A DNA stretch of 43,362 nt from Terrimicrobiaceae bacterium (GCA_041752695.1 JBGSVZ010000121.1:1-43362), one strand, 5' to 3'; counted from the first letter of the stretch, positions 26,636 to 36,566 are shown. Made by a program: numbers and translations. Notes: a model not told the origin generated them from the letters alone.

Positions 26636-28701
26636 AGACTCCCACGAGCAAGCGAGGCGCCAATCCGTGGCACCCAGCGCTCGGTGCCACGGGAAACGAA
26701 TCGAAGCGCGAGGAGGAGACAACGGTCGGCCGAGCGACTCTGCATATCGAGGCCGATGCCCTCCTCACCCTGGCCTGCGGTCCCCACACGGCAGACGCGA
26801 TCACGCGCGACCGCTATTTTCGTTTGTACCATTTTCCGGGAATGTATTCCGGAGCGGTGGCCGAGGGAATGCGTGCTCTGAGAATGGCTCCCGGCCGCGG
26901 CACCGGGCCCTACTTCGGCGAAGATGGCGGCGACAAATTCCGTTTTGGCCGCGGACCCTCCACGGAAGCCACCGTGACAAATTTTGTCCGAATGGCGGCG
27001 CGCGGTGCCATCGAACATCCAGGAGCAATTTATGCCGCGGCGGGGGGCTCGTTTCCGGATTCTTCCGCGTCGAGATCGTCGGGCATCCTGCCGGCGGCCG
27101 CGGTCGAGCCAACCATGAAGGTCGCGCACAACCGCGCGGTGGCTCCGGCCGACCAGCAGGCAGCGGGCGATCTGGTGGTCCGCTGGCTCGATGCCCTCCG
27201 CGAAGCTGGAGCGCCCCCGCCGGGATTTTTTTCGCCGGTCAATGAGCCGGATGCCTCATGGAAAAGCGGTCCAAACTCCCCCCTCGATCACGCCAAATTT
27301 GCCCGGGCGCTGGCACTCCGCCTGCGTGACAAACACCCCGACGTGCGCGTTTCGGGTCCCTGCACGGCATGGCCGTATCCGGGTGAGTACTGGGAACGGT
27401 GGAATTCCTCGGGCTGGGAGCGCAGCTTCATCGAAAATGTTGGCGATGTCGCCGGAGCATACGACTTTCACCTCTACACCAAGGAGCTGTGGGCCTACGG
27501 ACCCGAATCCCCGGGTTTCGCCTCGCACCAGAAGCTGCCCACCCCCAACCTTTTCGCCAGCCTGTCGCTGGGCCACTCGGAGATCATGGAGTTTGGGAAA
27601 TCTGAAGTCCTGCTGGACCTCGTGCAGACTCTTCATCTTGCCCAATGGGGACGTCCATCGCCGCCCGTCTTGATATCCGAATTCGGACGGCAGGGCATCA
27701 CCCCCCAACTGGGTCCATGGGCCAGCGACTACCTCTCTTTTCTCTACGGCACGACGGTGACCCGCCTGTGGTTGGGTTTGATGAATCGGCCTGAGGTGGC
27801 AATGACCGTTCCCTTCATCCTGCCGGAAAGCGACATCGGCTATGGTCCCCAACGCGGTCAGACTCTGGCCACGCGTCCCGGCTCGCCAGCCGATCCGGAA
27901 ACCCGGGTCACTCCCCTGGCCGGCTTCGCGGCGTTTTTCCGCGAGGTCGCGGGTCAGCGTGTGCCGGTGTCGTGGCGGGTGACTGACCCCGCTCTTTCCC
28001 GAGGCCTGTTTGCCGTGGCCTGCCGCACGGACTCCGACATCCTGGTTCTCTTGCACAATTCGACTCCGGAGCCTCTCGATGGCGCCATCGAGACGGAAGG
28101 GATTGGGCCCTGGCCGACCGGCGTGCGAGTCGCGCGCATGCGCTGGGAAGGCCCGGCCCCATTAGACCACCACTCACCGAATCCAGCGAGGGCCCACTGG
28201 CGGAGGGACGCCGTTGCCGAAGAGCCTTTGGAAAAACCCTCCTTCCGACTCGAAGGCGAAGAAACCGCACTGGTCCGTATTCCCAGGAATCCCCCGGCCA
28301 TCCGGCGGGTCATCCTTTCACGGCACTATGCGCCGGAGTTTTTACAACCCCTTTGCCCGGGCGCAGAGCTGTCGTTTGCCCTCAGCCAGGAAATGATCAG
28401 AGGCGCGGTCCGCGCTCAACTCGTATTGGGATTCGCCGCTCCCCGCGGACCCGATAGGGGATCCGGCCGCCTTCGCGTCAGTTGGACGGGTGGAACTCCC
28501 GTGATTGCAGAATTGGGCTTGAGCGCGGGGTGGCGGCAGGTCGCTGTGCCGGTGGCCGTGGACGTTCCCTCCCGGGATCTTCCGTCAGGCCCGTGGATCG
28601 TGCGGATGGATGACAATGATGGCACCTTGCCGGAGGGCTCGCTTCTGGTGTCCGCGCGCCTGGAGATTCGGACCGAAGAGCCTGTCGAGGCGACTCCCTG
28701 A
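26632..28701 (+). CDS. Clan GH-A TIM-barrel glycoside hydrolase (GH39/GH86 agarase-porphyranase-like), family uncertain
   Basis: Acid/base-like 'PVNEPD', 'VRVSGP', 'YDFHLY', nucleophile-like 'LISEFG', and C-terminal beta-sandwich domains. ATGA overlap with the GH16 gene. Confidence 0.65.
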   Translation: MKTPTSKRGANPWHPALGATGNESKREEETTVGRATLHIEADALLTLACGPHTADAITRDRYFRLYHFPGMYSGAVAEGMRALRMAPGRGTGPYFGEDGGDKFRFGRGPSTEATVTNFVRMAARGAIEHPGAIYAAAGGSFPDSSASRSSGILPAAAVEPTMKVAHNRAVAPADQQAAGDLVVRWLDALREAGAPPPGFFSPVNEPDASWKSGPNSPLDHAKFARALALRLRDKHPDVRVSGPCTAWPYPGEYWERWNSSGWERSFIENVGDVAGAYDFHLYTKELWAYGPESPGFASHQKLPTPNLFASLSLGHSEIMEFGKSEVLLDLVQTLHLAQWGRPSPPVLISEFGRQGITPQLGPWASDYLSFLYGTTVTRLWLGLMNRPEVAMTVPFILPESDIGYGPQRGQTLATRPGSPADPETRVTPLAGFAAFFREVAGQRVPVSWRVTDPALSRGLFAVACRTDSDILVLLHNSTPEPLDGAIETEGIGPWPTGVRVARMRWEGPAPLDHHSPNPARAHWRRDAVAEEPLEKPSFRLEGEETALVRIPRNPPAIRRVILSRHYAPEFLQPLCPGAELSFALSQEMIRGAVRAQLVLGFAAPRGPDRGSGRLRVSWTGGTPVIAELGLSAGWRQVAVPVAVDVPSRDLPSGPWIVRMDDNDGTLPEGSLLVSARLEIRTEEPVEATP

Positions 28702-28763
28702 GTGCCAGGTCCCTCGGCGACCTTTTCGCTCCTGCCGCGGCTGGCGTCAATCCGGACCGAGCC

Positions 28764-29243
28764 CTAAGGAACCGGATGAATGGGGAAAAGCGTTTTTCGC
28801 ATCACCGTGACCGCACTCCCTCCGCAGGCTGCTGGGCCATGCACCGTCCAACCCAACTTTTCAAAAAGCTGCCGGGCGGATTCCGTGAACAAAAATCCCT
28901 CGGAATATCCCAGCGTCCTCAAACGTTCCTCGGCGGCCCGGATGAGAAAACTAGCCACCAATTTCCCGCGGTGGGCCGGCAGGACAATCAGATTCGCCAG
29001 CCAGGGATTGAGATGCTCGAAGCCCGGCAGGTCGTCGAAAATCAGACTCACCGTACCGAGCAGTTCCCCGTCCTCCACCGCGACCAACGTCACGGGCAAC
29101 GTGCCGTCGCCGGGCTGACTTTCAAACTCGCGCCGCGCCGTCTCCGCATTCCAGTCCGGGTAAAAATGCGCCCATTCGCGCCCGCAGAGATCACTCAGGG
29201 CCGGAACAAATTCGGGATGATCATGGAGGAACGCGAGATTCAT
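28764..29243 (-). CDS. GNAT family N-acetyltransferase
   Basis: 'PWLANLIVLPAHRGKLVASFLI', 'LFEKLGW'. Confidence 0.88.
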   Translation of the reverse strand: MNLAFLHDHPEFVPALSDLCGREWAHFYPDWNAETARREFESQPGDGTLPVTLVAVEDGELLGTVSLIFDDLPGFEHLNPWLANLIVLPAHRGKLVASFLIRAAEERLRTLGYSEGFLFTESARQLFEKLGWTVHGPAACGGSAVTVMRKTLFPIHPVP

Positions 29244-29897
29244 TTATCTCAACGCCAGCAGCGCCAGCAGGCGTCCGGTCCGGCCCATTTCGCGGCGGTA
29301 GGAATAATAGCGCTCCGGGTCGGAGGCAGTGCATTTCCCGCAGTCGTGAACGTCGCTCACTCCTGCCCCCCGTGCTTGGGCGGCGATGGATTGCGCAATA
29401 TCGACTTCGTAATGGGGCGGACGAATGCAGGGCCCGATCTGCACGACGAGGTCGGCGGGCAAACAACCGTATTCGGCGTGGAGCCTGCGGATGGCGGCAG
29501 GCACGATTTCTTTTTCGGTGCCCTTTTTCCCGGAATGGACAAGACCAATGGCGCGACCGCGTTTGTCGGCCAGAAACACGGGAGCACAATCCGCCACGTA
29601 AATGGCCAGGCAAAGCTCGCGAGAGGAGGTGACCAAGCCATCAGCGCCGGGAAAGGGGGCCTCGCCCGCGATGTCCACCCGGGTGACCAGAGCGCCATGA
29701 ACCTGCTCGGCGATGGCGAAGGGCAAGCCGGCGAATCCGGCGGCGTCCGCGGTTTCACGATGGGCCGACCATAGCCGCTGCATGGCGGTCTCGCGGTCGG
29801 TCAGCACGTCAATCCCCTCACAGCGCTGCACAAAAGCCGCGCGCAGGAAGGGGAGCGCGTCGAGAGCCGGGAAGGTCTCGACGGGACAGGGGCTCAT
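29244..29897 (-). CDS. pgeF: YfiH/PgeF family (laccase-domain) protein
   Basis: 'EQVHG', 'ADGLVT', 'VADCAPV', 'VHSG', 'IGPCI', 'CT...YYSYRRE..TGR'. Confidence 0.88.
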   Translation of the reverse strand: MSPCPVETFPALDALPFLRAAFVQRCEGIDVLTDRETAMQRLWSAHRETADAAGFAGLPFAIAEQVHGALVTRVDIAGEAPFPGADGLVTSSRELCLAIYVADCAPVFLADKRGRAIGLVHSGKKGTEKEIVPAAIRRLHAEYGCLPADLVVQIGPCIRPPHYEVDIAQSIAAQARGAGVSDVHDCGKCTASDPERYYSYRREMGRTGRLLALLALR

Positions 29898-31933
29898 TTA
29901 CTGAGGCCGCCCGCGGGTTTTCTCTTTGGCTTGGGGCTGGGCGACGGGGCGCCTTCCAAAATGGGCTTAATCAGATCCTGGTCCTTAAACACTTTCGGCA
30001 ATTTAGGCTGGGGACGGTCGGGCTGGGTAACTTTGCGGAAGGTGGCGCGTTCCCCTTTATTCAACGCCTGCAAATTCAACGGACGGACCAGCGGGTCGTC
30101 AAAGGTCTCGATGTATTGCGTATCGAGCGAAAGAGCAAAATCGTATTGCGCCCGGGCGGCGATGTAATCGTAGCGGGCCTGGAGCACATTGGTTTGCGCG
30201 GCAAGGAGCTGGGTTTGCGCGTTCAGAACATCGAGCTGGGTGCCAGCCCCGGCGTCGAGGCGTTCCCGGGCGAGGCGGAGGGCCTCCGTCGCCTGGACCA
30301 CGCTGGCGGTGGTGGCCTCGATGGTTTGTTTGGCCTGATCGAGATTTGAGATGGCGGTCTGCACATCGAGGACGACTTGGCGAATGCCATTGTCGTAGGT
30401 GTTTTTCGATTGCATGAGTTGGGCTCTGGCCTGCGCGACGCGGCCATAGGTGGCACCACCATCCCAGACATTCCACTGGCCGGTGGCCCCGAAGAAAAAT
30501 CCTTCGACGGTCTGCGTGAGGTCGAGGGAACCGGTGTCGTTCCGAAATTCATAACCAGCCTGGGCATTGATCGTCGGCAACCACCCCGCGGCCTGCGCGC
30601 TCACGTTCGAGGCATTGGCCAGGATGTTCTGCCGCTGGGCTTTCAGCGAAGGATTGCGGGCAATGGCCACGCGGATGGACTCGTCAGTGTCAATTTTCCG
30701 CGGGCTGTAACCCAGCGTACCAACGATGTTAAAGGGCACTTCGCTGGGGTTCCCCTTGGGGTAGTCCATGCCCAGCAGCTTGACCAATTGATAAAGAGAA
30801 ATGCGAAAAGCGTTTTCCGCCTGGATGAGGGGAGGCAGGGCATTGGCCAGCTGCACTTCCGCCTGGAGAACATTGAAACGCGGGACGGTGCCGGCTTCGT
30901 AGCGGTTCTGTTGGTCTTGGACCTGCTGTTGCAGCAAGGCGACGTTCTGTTGCTGCGCGACAATGAGGGCGCGATTGAGAACCACCTGGTAAAACTGAGT
31001 GACCACCTGCGAAACGATCCCGTCGATCGTCGAGCGCAGGCTGAAAAACGCGCTGTCGTAGGCCGCGCTGCCTGCCTTGATGCCGGCGATGGTCGCACCG
31101 CCGTCGAAAATCAACTGCGAGGCGACAAACTGGACATTCCAAGTCTGGTTCTGCGCGGGAGTCGATCCACCCGTGGACGTCAGCACGATGGGTTTTCCCC
31201 CGGAAGGATTGGGGATTTCAATCGAGGTCGAACCGCTATTCCGGGTGGGGTTTAACGAATCGGCCTGGTTTTGGTAGCCCGAAGATATGGCCAGTTGCGG
31301 GACAGCTTGCGCCACGACCTCAATCAACTGCCCGCGGGTGAGACGGATCTGCTGGATGGCGTTCAGGATATCCGGATTTTGCTTCAGGCAGATCTGAACC
31401 GCCCCGTCGAGGGTGAGGTCGGCGACCTTGGGATTGCGCTGCTTGGCAATGAGGCCATTCAGGGATTTTTCGAAATCGGCCATCACCATCTTCTGCTGCA
31501 TGGCGAGTTCCTCGCTCTGCTTGAGCTTCTGCGCTTCCGTCGACGGGCCAAGCGACTCACTGAGCTGGGTCGGAGCGGGCAGCGGCAGGTTCAGTTGCTC
31601 GGAAAGCGAATTGGCGTCCTGCAACACCGGGGTCGGCATCGGCGGCGGCGTGAGGGGCATCGTGCCGTCCGGCAGTGGCGTGGGCGACGGTGTGGGACTC
31701 ACCGCGAACGAAGGCAGCGGCGTGGGCATAGCCGAGGCCGGCAGGGCGGGCAGCGGTGTAGGCAGTGCGGCCGGCGCGGACAGCGGCGGCAACTGATATG
31801 GCGTGCCCGACGGGGTCGGGGAAGGCGGAATCGCCGTGGGAAACTGGACGTTGGTCTGGGCCAAAGCCGTGGCGACGACTCCGGAAAGTGCGGCCAGACC
31901 GAGGGCGGTTTTGAGCGCGCTTATTCGGAGCAT
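29894..31933 (-). CDS. TolC family outer membrane protein with a long Pro/Thr-rich N-terminal linker
   Basis: Signal peptide, ~100-aa Pro-rich segment, and two OEP repeats ('RYEAGTVPRFNVLQAEVQLA', 'RLDAGAGTQLDVLNAQTQL'). Confidence 0.9.
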   Translation of the reverse strand: MLRISALKTALGLAALSGVVATALAQTNVQFPTAIPPSPTPSGTPYQLPPLSAPAALPTPLPALPASAMPTPLPSFAVSPTPSPTPLPDGTMPLTPPPMPTPVLQDANSLSEQLNLPLPAPTQLSESLGPSTEAQKLKQSEELAMQQKMVMADFEKSLNGLIAKQRNPKVADLTLDGAVQICLKQNPDILNAIQQIRLTRGQLIEVVAQAVPQLAISSGYQNQADSLNPTRNSGSTSIEIPNPSGGKPIVLTSTGGSTPAQNQTWNVQFVASQLIFDGGATIAGIKAGSAAYDSAFFSLRSTIDGIVSQVVTQFYQVVLNRALIVAQQQNVALLQQQVQDQQNRYEAGTVPRFNVLQAEVQLANALPPLIQAENAFRISLYQLVKLLGMDYPKGNPSEVPFNIVGTLGYSPRKIDTDESIRVAIARNPSLKAQRQNILANASNVSAQAAGWLPTINAQAGYEFRNDTGSLDLTQTVEGFFFGATGQWNVWDGGATYGRVAQARAQLMQSKNTYDNGIRQVVLDVQTAISNLDQAKQTIEATTASVVQATEALRLARERLDAGAGTQLDVLNAQTQLLAAQTNVLQARYDYIAARAQYDFALSLDTQYIETFDDPLVRPLNLQALNKGERATFRKVTQPDRPQPKLPKVFKDQDLIKPILEGAPSPSPKPKRKPAGGLSK

Positions 31934-32388
31934 GGAGTGTTTTTACTTTGGCAGTAGGAATAAATCTTCTCGTAAATGCTCAACCAGGCTGTCTGCTCGT
32001 CGGGCGGAAGAAGATCCATCACTTGCGACAGATTATTCACGATGTCCTGGCGGATTCTCTCCACCAGGGCCGTGCCTTTTTTTGTGATCTTGACCAGCAC
32101 CTTGCGCCGGTCATTTGCGGCGTGGGCGCGCTGGACGTAATCGAGATTTTCCAGACGGTCCACCAACCCGGTGGCCGCGGCCGTCGAGTGGTTCATCTTG
32201 CCCGCAATCTCACTCATCGAGAGCGAATCCTGGGCGGCAATGTGACCAAGGAGAAAAAATTGCGGGAAGGAAACCTGCCCACGCGCCAGCTCTTCGGAGA
32301 GGCGGATCATGAAACACCGCTGCATGGTCATGACGAGGTCGGCGAGACGCTCGACATCGGGACGGACAGCGGGTTCTTGAAGTTGCAT
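31921..32388 (-). CDS. MarR family transcriptional regulator
   Basis: 'SFPQFFLL', 'LSMSEIA...AATGLVDRLE...VQR...DRRKVLVKITKKG'. Confidence 0.93.
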   Translation of the reverse strand: MQLQEPAVRPDVERLADLVMTMQRCFMIRLSEELARGQVSFPQFFLLGHIAAQDSLSMSEIAGKMNHSTAAATGLVDRLENLDYVQRAHAANDRRKVLVKITKKGTALVERIRQDIVNNLSQVMDLLPPDEQTAWLSIYEKIYSYCQSKNTPCSE

Positions 32389-32471
32389 TACGGCGATTTA
32401 ATTAAGGATGTTAAATATAAGCGCAACTTGATTGAAAAAGTCAATTCCCAATGGCGGGAAGGCTGACGGCT

Positions 32472-33335
32472 TCATTGCGGGGATGCCGCGGCTGGGGAGG
32501 GTTCCTTTTTCACCATCTGGGTCGGCCGGTCCATGGCGAGCAATTCCGAAACGGTGACAAACTTAAATCCCTTGGCGAGCAGCGTGTCGAACGTCTGCGG
32601 CATGGCGGCGACGGTGGTAGCGTGAATATCGTGAGCCAGAATGATGGCACCGGGATGGGCCTTTTCCACGATCTGGGAATAGACATGGTTAACCTTCCGG
32701 TATTTCCAATCCTGCGGATCGACCGACCAGAGGATGACTTTCATCCCATATTCTTCCGCCATCTTGCGGTTCAAGGCCGCGTTGGTGGCTCCATAGGGGG
32801 GGCGCATCGTCACCGGTGTGACCCCGGAGGCCTCGCGAATGGCCGCCGTGGTATCGGCCATCTGTTTGCGAACGCCCTCGGCTCCCAGCTTGGGCAGCGA
32901 GGGATGGCTCCACGTGTGATTGGCAATCTCATGGCCTTCGTCGGCCATGCGTTTGACGATTTCGGGGTATTCCGCGACGTTTTTGCCCACCACATAAAAC
33001 GTGGCCTTGAGATTCCGCTTTTTCAGCTCGTCGAGGAGTTTGGGGGTAAATTCGGGGTGCGGACCATCATCAAAGGTCATTGCAATGTAGGGCCCGTCCA
33101 CCGTGCAGGAGTTATAGGAATGCTTGGAGGAGGCGACTGGTTTGGACAGGCTAACCTGGGTTGGCGCGGCGACCGGCGCGACCGACTGCCCCGTGGTGGC
33201 TGGTCCGAGAGAAGGGGGCCTCGACATTTCATCCGTCGGCACCACAACAACCTGGGGCTCGGCCTGCGTTTGGGCATTCTGGCAGGCCGCCAGCATAAAC
33301 ACAGCCAGCGCGGCTCCGGTGAGAAGTCTTTTCAT
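32472..33335 (-). CDS. Polysaccharide deacetylase (NodB/CE4) lipoprotein
   Basis: Lipobox 'MLAA-C'; 'TFDDGP', 'NHTWSHP', 'RPPYG', 'DPQDW', 'ILAHD'. ATG start at 33335. Confidence 0.93.
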   Translation of the reverse strand: MKRLLTGAALAVFMLAACQNAQTQAEPQVVVVPTDEMSRPPSLGPATTGQSVAPVAAPTQVSLSKPVASSKHSYNSCTVDGPYIAMTFDDGPHPEFTPKLLDELKKRNLKATFYVVGKNVAEYPEIVKRMADEGHEIANHTWSHPSLPKLGAEGVRKQMADTTAAIREASGVTPVTMRPPYGATNAALNRKMAEEYGMKVILWSVDPQDWKYRKVNHVYSQIVEKAHPGAIILAHDIHATTVAAMPQTFDTLLAKGFKFVTVSELLAMDRPTQMVKKEPSPAAASPQ

Positions 33336-33489
33336 GGAATCAACAGGATTACTTCCTTGTATGACACGGTTTCCCGGCAAAGCCCAACAGGTTTTTTCGG
33401 AGGGAGCCACGGGCGGCGCGAATTGTCGGGGTCAAACCGGTTAGCCCGAAAGGCCTCCCGAACGCCTCTGTTCGCGCAATTGGGGGGGA

Positions 33490-34413
33490 TCAACCCTCCG
33501 GCTCCGTCCGGGGCGGATCGGCAGGATTGGTGATTTCCGTATTCTCCAATCGGAACAAGAACTCCCGGAGCGCCGGCGAAACCCGGGCCGACCGGCGAAT
33601 GAGGGCACCGAGAGGCCGCCACATATCGGCCGCATCCACTTCGATGGCCTTGAGCGAGCCGGAAGCCACTTCATGGCGAACGGTGGTTTCTGGCACGAGC
33701 GAGACGCCATTCTCGACCTCGACGGCGCGCTTGACGGTCTCGATGTTGTCGAACTCCAGGGCCATCTTCACCTTCACCCCAGCGGCCCGCAGCTTGCGGT
33801 CGATCTCCCGCCGAGTCGGCAGATCGGGCTCAAACGCGATGAATTTTTCCCCCTGAAGAGCCGAAAGCGCCACCCGCCGCCGATGGGCCAGCCCGTGGGC
33901 CGGTGAGCAAATCAAAACCAGCCGGTCCCGCCAGAAGGTGATGCTTTTCATGCCTCGCCGAGCCGCGGGATACGCCACCAACCCCACATCGGCCCGGCCT
34001 TCGAGAACAGAGGCATAGACCTCGGAAGAACGCCGGTATTCCACCCGGACTTCCACATCCGGAAAAGCTTGACGATACACCTTCAGATACGGGGGCAACT
34101 CGTGGAGCCCAATACTGAAGATCGTTGCAACCCGGAGTTCTCCGCTCACGGCATTCCGCAATTTGTGGAGCCGGCTGCCAAGACCATCGAGAGTGCCAAG
34201 AATGTCGCGGCTGGCTTCTAAAAAGACCCGGCCTTCCGGAGTGAGCCCGAAGTTACGGCGCCCGCGTTCGATGAGCTTCACGTGGAAACGCGTTTCGATG
34301 GCGCTCACTTGCTGGCTCACGGCGCTCTGGGTGATCCCATTGCGTTCCGCCGCCTTCGAAAAACTCGCGGTCTCCGCCAAGTCCGAAAAAACCTTGAAAG
34401 ATTGAATTTGCAT
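33490..34413 (-). CDS. LysR family transcriptional regulator
   Basis: 'SFSKAAERNGITQSAVSQQV..IE', 'LTPEG' and a substrate-binding domain. The likely start is 34413. Confidence 0.93.
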   Translation of the reverse strand: MQIQSFKVFSDLAETASFSKAAERNGITQSAVSQQVSAIETRFHVKLIERGRRNFGLTPEGRVFLEASRDILGTLDGLGSRLHKLRNAVSGELRVATIFSIGLHELPPYLKVYRQAFPDVEVRVEYRRSSEVYASVLEGRADVGLVAYPAARRGMKSITFWRDRLVLICSPAHGLAHRRRVALSALQGEKFIAFEPDLPTRREIDRKLRAAGVKVKMALEFDNIETVKRAVEVENGVSLVPETTVRHEVASGSLKAIEVDAADMWRPLGALIRRSARVSPALREFLFRLENTEITNPADPPRTEPEG

Positions 34414-34426
34414 CCGTTCTTTCGCC

Positions 34427-34441
34427 ATAAGAATAACTTAT
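34427..34441. promoter_or_regulatory. LysR-type T-N11-A box in the lysR/yggS divergent region
   Basis: Inverted repeat ATAAG-AATAA-CTTAT. Confidence 0.6.
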
Positions 34442-34469
34442 CTTGGCCGAAGGTAAATAAGAGAATGTT

Positions 34470-35183
34470 ATGAATGAAATCGCGGAGAGACTGGTTGCCA
34501 TCCGGGAAAAAATGGCCATGGCCGCCCTCGCCGCCGGCCGGAATCCGGCCGAGGTGGAACTGGTGGCGGTCTCGAAAACCCACCCGACCGAGTCCGTGCG
34601 AGAGGCCTGCGAGGCGGGGCAAATCATCTTCGGTGAGAACCGCGTGCAGGAACTGGTCTCCAAAGCCCCCCTGCTGCCCTCCCACCTGCACTGGCACCTG
34701 ATCGGCCATCTGCAGAAGAACAAAATCCGCAAGGTGCTACCCACGGTGGACCTGATTCATGGCGTCGATTCTCTGTCACTGGCCCGGGAAATCGACCGGG
34801 TGGCGTCCGAACTGGGGCTGTTTCCCCGCGTGCTGCTGGAGGTGAACGTCTCGGGTGAGAGCACCAAGTTCGGCTTCACCCCGGGCCTACTTTCCCGCGA
34901 ACTCGAAACATTGCTCGCGTTGCCGCGGCTCCAGGTCGAGGGCCTCATGACTATCGCCCCTTACGTGGAGATAGCGGAGGACGTGCGCCCCGTATTTGCC
35001 AGTCTGCGGAAATTGCGGGACGACTTCACCCGCCAGTTTCGAGTGCCACTCACCACCCTCTCGATGGGCATGAGTGGGGATTTCGAAATCGCCATTGCCG
35101 AAGGAGCGACGCTGGTCCGCATCGGGACCGCCATTTTTGGAAATCGCCCGAAAAAGACCGCCGAACCTATTTCTCCCCAATAA
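34470..35183 (+). CDS. yggS: PLP homeostasis protein YggS/PROSC
   Basis: 'LVAVSKT', 'FGENRVQE', 'WHLIGHLQKNK', 'GLMTI', 'LSMGMSGDFEIAIAEGATLVRIGTAIFG'. Confidence 0.96.
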   Translation: MNEIAERLVAIREKMAMAALAAGRNPAEVELVAVSKTHPTESVREACEAGQIIFGENRVQELVSKAPLLPSHLHWHLIGHLQKNKIRKVLPTVDLIHGVDSLSLAREIDRVASELGLFPRVLLEVNVSGESTKFGFTPGLLSRELETLLALPRLQVEGLMTIAPYVEIAEDVRPVFASLRKLRDDFTRQFRVPLTTLSMGMSGDFEIAIAEGATLVRIGTAIFGNRPKKTAEPISPQ

Positions 35184-35757
35184 GCGACGTGAGGTAGGCG
35201 GCGAGGATTTCCAAGCGGCGTGTCGTTTCGAGTTCTTCCAGCAGTCGCTGGCGGATGACCTGATCTTCCACCAGGTTCGCTCCGACAAAATCGGCAAATT
35301 CCCCATGATCGCACGTGGCATCGAGCAGCTTTTCAATCGGCTTGGCGTCGCCTTTGAGGAGCCGACCGCAAAGGTGACGCACCTCGCTTCGGAGTGCCTC
35401 CACCAAAAGCGGGGTTCGCGATTCCGAGGCCAGCGCCTCAACGCGGGCCAGGCGGTACGGTTCACCGGGCAACCATTCCTCGAAACGCACCCGGCTCACC
35501 CCTTGCAATATCAGCCGCGAAGTTCCGTCGTCATTGGCCACGCAGGCCCGGACAAATCCGGCCCCTCCGACATCGTGAATCTCCGCGTCTTCCTCCCCCG
35601 AACTCGCTGATCCGATGGCGAACATCCGCTCCCCGGCCAGGGCGTCGGCCAGCATTTTCCGGTAGCGAGGCTCAAAAATATAAAGCGGCAACATGGAGCC
35701 CGGAAACAGCACGGCACCAGGAAGAGCCATCACTGCGAGGGTACCGGGAATTTTCAT
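35167..35757 (-). CDS. LON peptidase substrate-binding (Lon-N) domain protein
   Basis: 'VLFPGSMLPLYIFEPRYRKML', 'DG..RLILQG..R'. Confidence 0.9.
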   Translation of the reverse strand: MKIPGTLAVMALPGAVLFPGSMLPLYIFEPRYRKMLADALAGERMFAIGSASSGEEDAEIHDVGGAGFVRACVANDDGTSRLILQGVSRVRFEEWLPGEPYRLARVEALASESRTPLLVEALRSEVRHLCGRLLKGDAKPIEKLLDATCDHGEFADFVGANLVEDQVIRQRLLEELETTRRLEILAAYLTSLIGEK

Positions 35758-35888
35758 CTTTCCCCCCTTTACGCACGCCGACGCGGAAATGGTAAACCAA
35801 AGTTGGAAAATTTCCTGATGCGCGGCTCAGCACATTCCCGCTTGATGCCTCCCGCCAAGCGTCTATTTTCCTGCCAACCCAATTCATT

Positions 35889-36518
35889 ATGGCATACGAA
35901 CTTCCATCCCTTCCCTACGCTCCCACCGCGCTCGAACCCAACATCGACGCCAAGACCATGGAGATCCACCACGGCAAACACCACGCGACGTACGTGGCCA
36001 ATCTCAATAAGGCCCTGGAATCTGCACCCGAACTGGCCGCCAAGTCGGTCGAGGAGTTGATCGCCGATCTCTCTGCCGTGCCCGAAGCCATTCGCGGCCC
36101 CGTCCGCAACAACGGCGGCGGACATGCCAACCATTCGTTTTTCTGGAAAATTCTCGGGCCCGACGCGGGAGGCACACCCAGCGGCGCCCTCGGTGAAGCC
36201 ATCACCGCCAAATTCGGCAGCTTCGACGAATTCAAAGCCAAGTTCGAAGCGGCCGGTCTCGCCCGTTTCGGCAGCGGCTGGGCCTGGCTCCTCGTCAATC
36301 CCGCCGGCGAACTCGAAATCGCCTCGACGCCCAATCAAGATACTCCGCTCATGGGCAAGGCCGTCGCGGGATGCGAAGGCACACCCGTCATCGGCGTGGA
36401 TGTGTGGGAACATGCCTACTACCTGAACTACCAAAACCGTCGCGCCGACTACCTCAAGGCCTTCTGGAACGTCGTTTCCTGGAGCGCCGCCGAGGCCAAT
36501 TACGCCGCGGCAAAATAA
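35889..36518 (+). CDS. sodA: Superoxide dismutase, probably Mn-type
   Basis: 'HHGKHH', 'NNGGGHANH', 'FGSGWAWL', 'TPNQD', 'DVWEHAYY'. The GGG and Q signature favours Mn. Confidence 0.93.
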   Translation: MAYELPSLPYAPTALEPNIDAKTMEIHHGKHHATYVANLNKALESAPELAAKSVEELIADLSAVPEAIRGPVRNNGGGHANHSFFWKILGPDAGGTPSGALGEAITAKFGSFDEFKAKFEAAGLARFGSGWAWLLVNPAGELEIASTPNQDTPLMGKAVAGCEGTPVIGVDVWEHAYYLNYQNRRADYLKAFWNVVSWSAAEANYAAAK

Positions 36519-36534
36519 GAAATATCTTTCCCTG

Positions 36535-36566
36535 AAAAAGCCGCCGGCACTCCCGGCGGCTTTTTT
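36535..36566 (+). terminator. Rho-independent terminator after sodA
   Basis: AAAAAGCCGCCGG-CACTC-CCGGCGGCTTTTTT. Confidence 0.88.
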
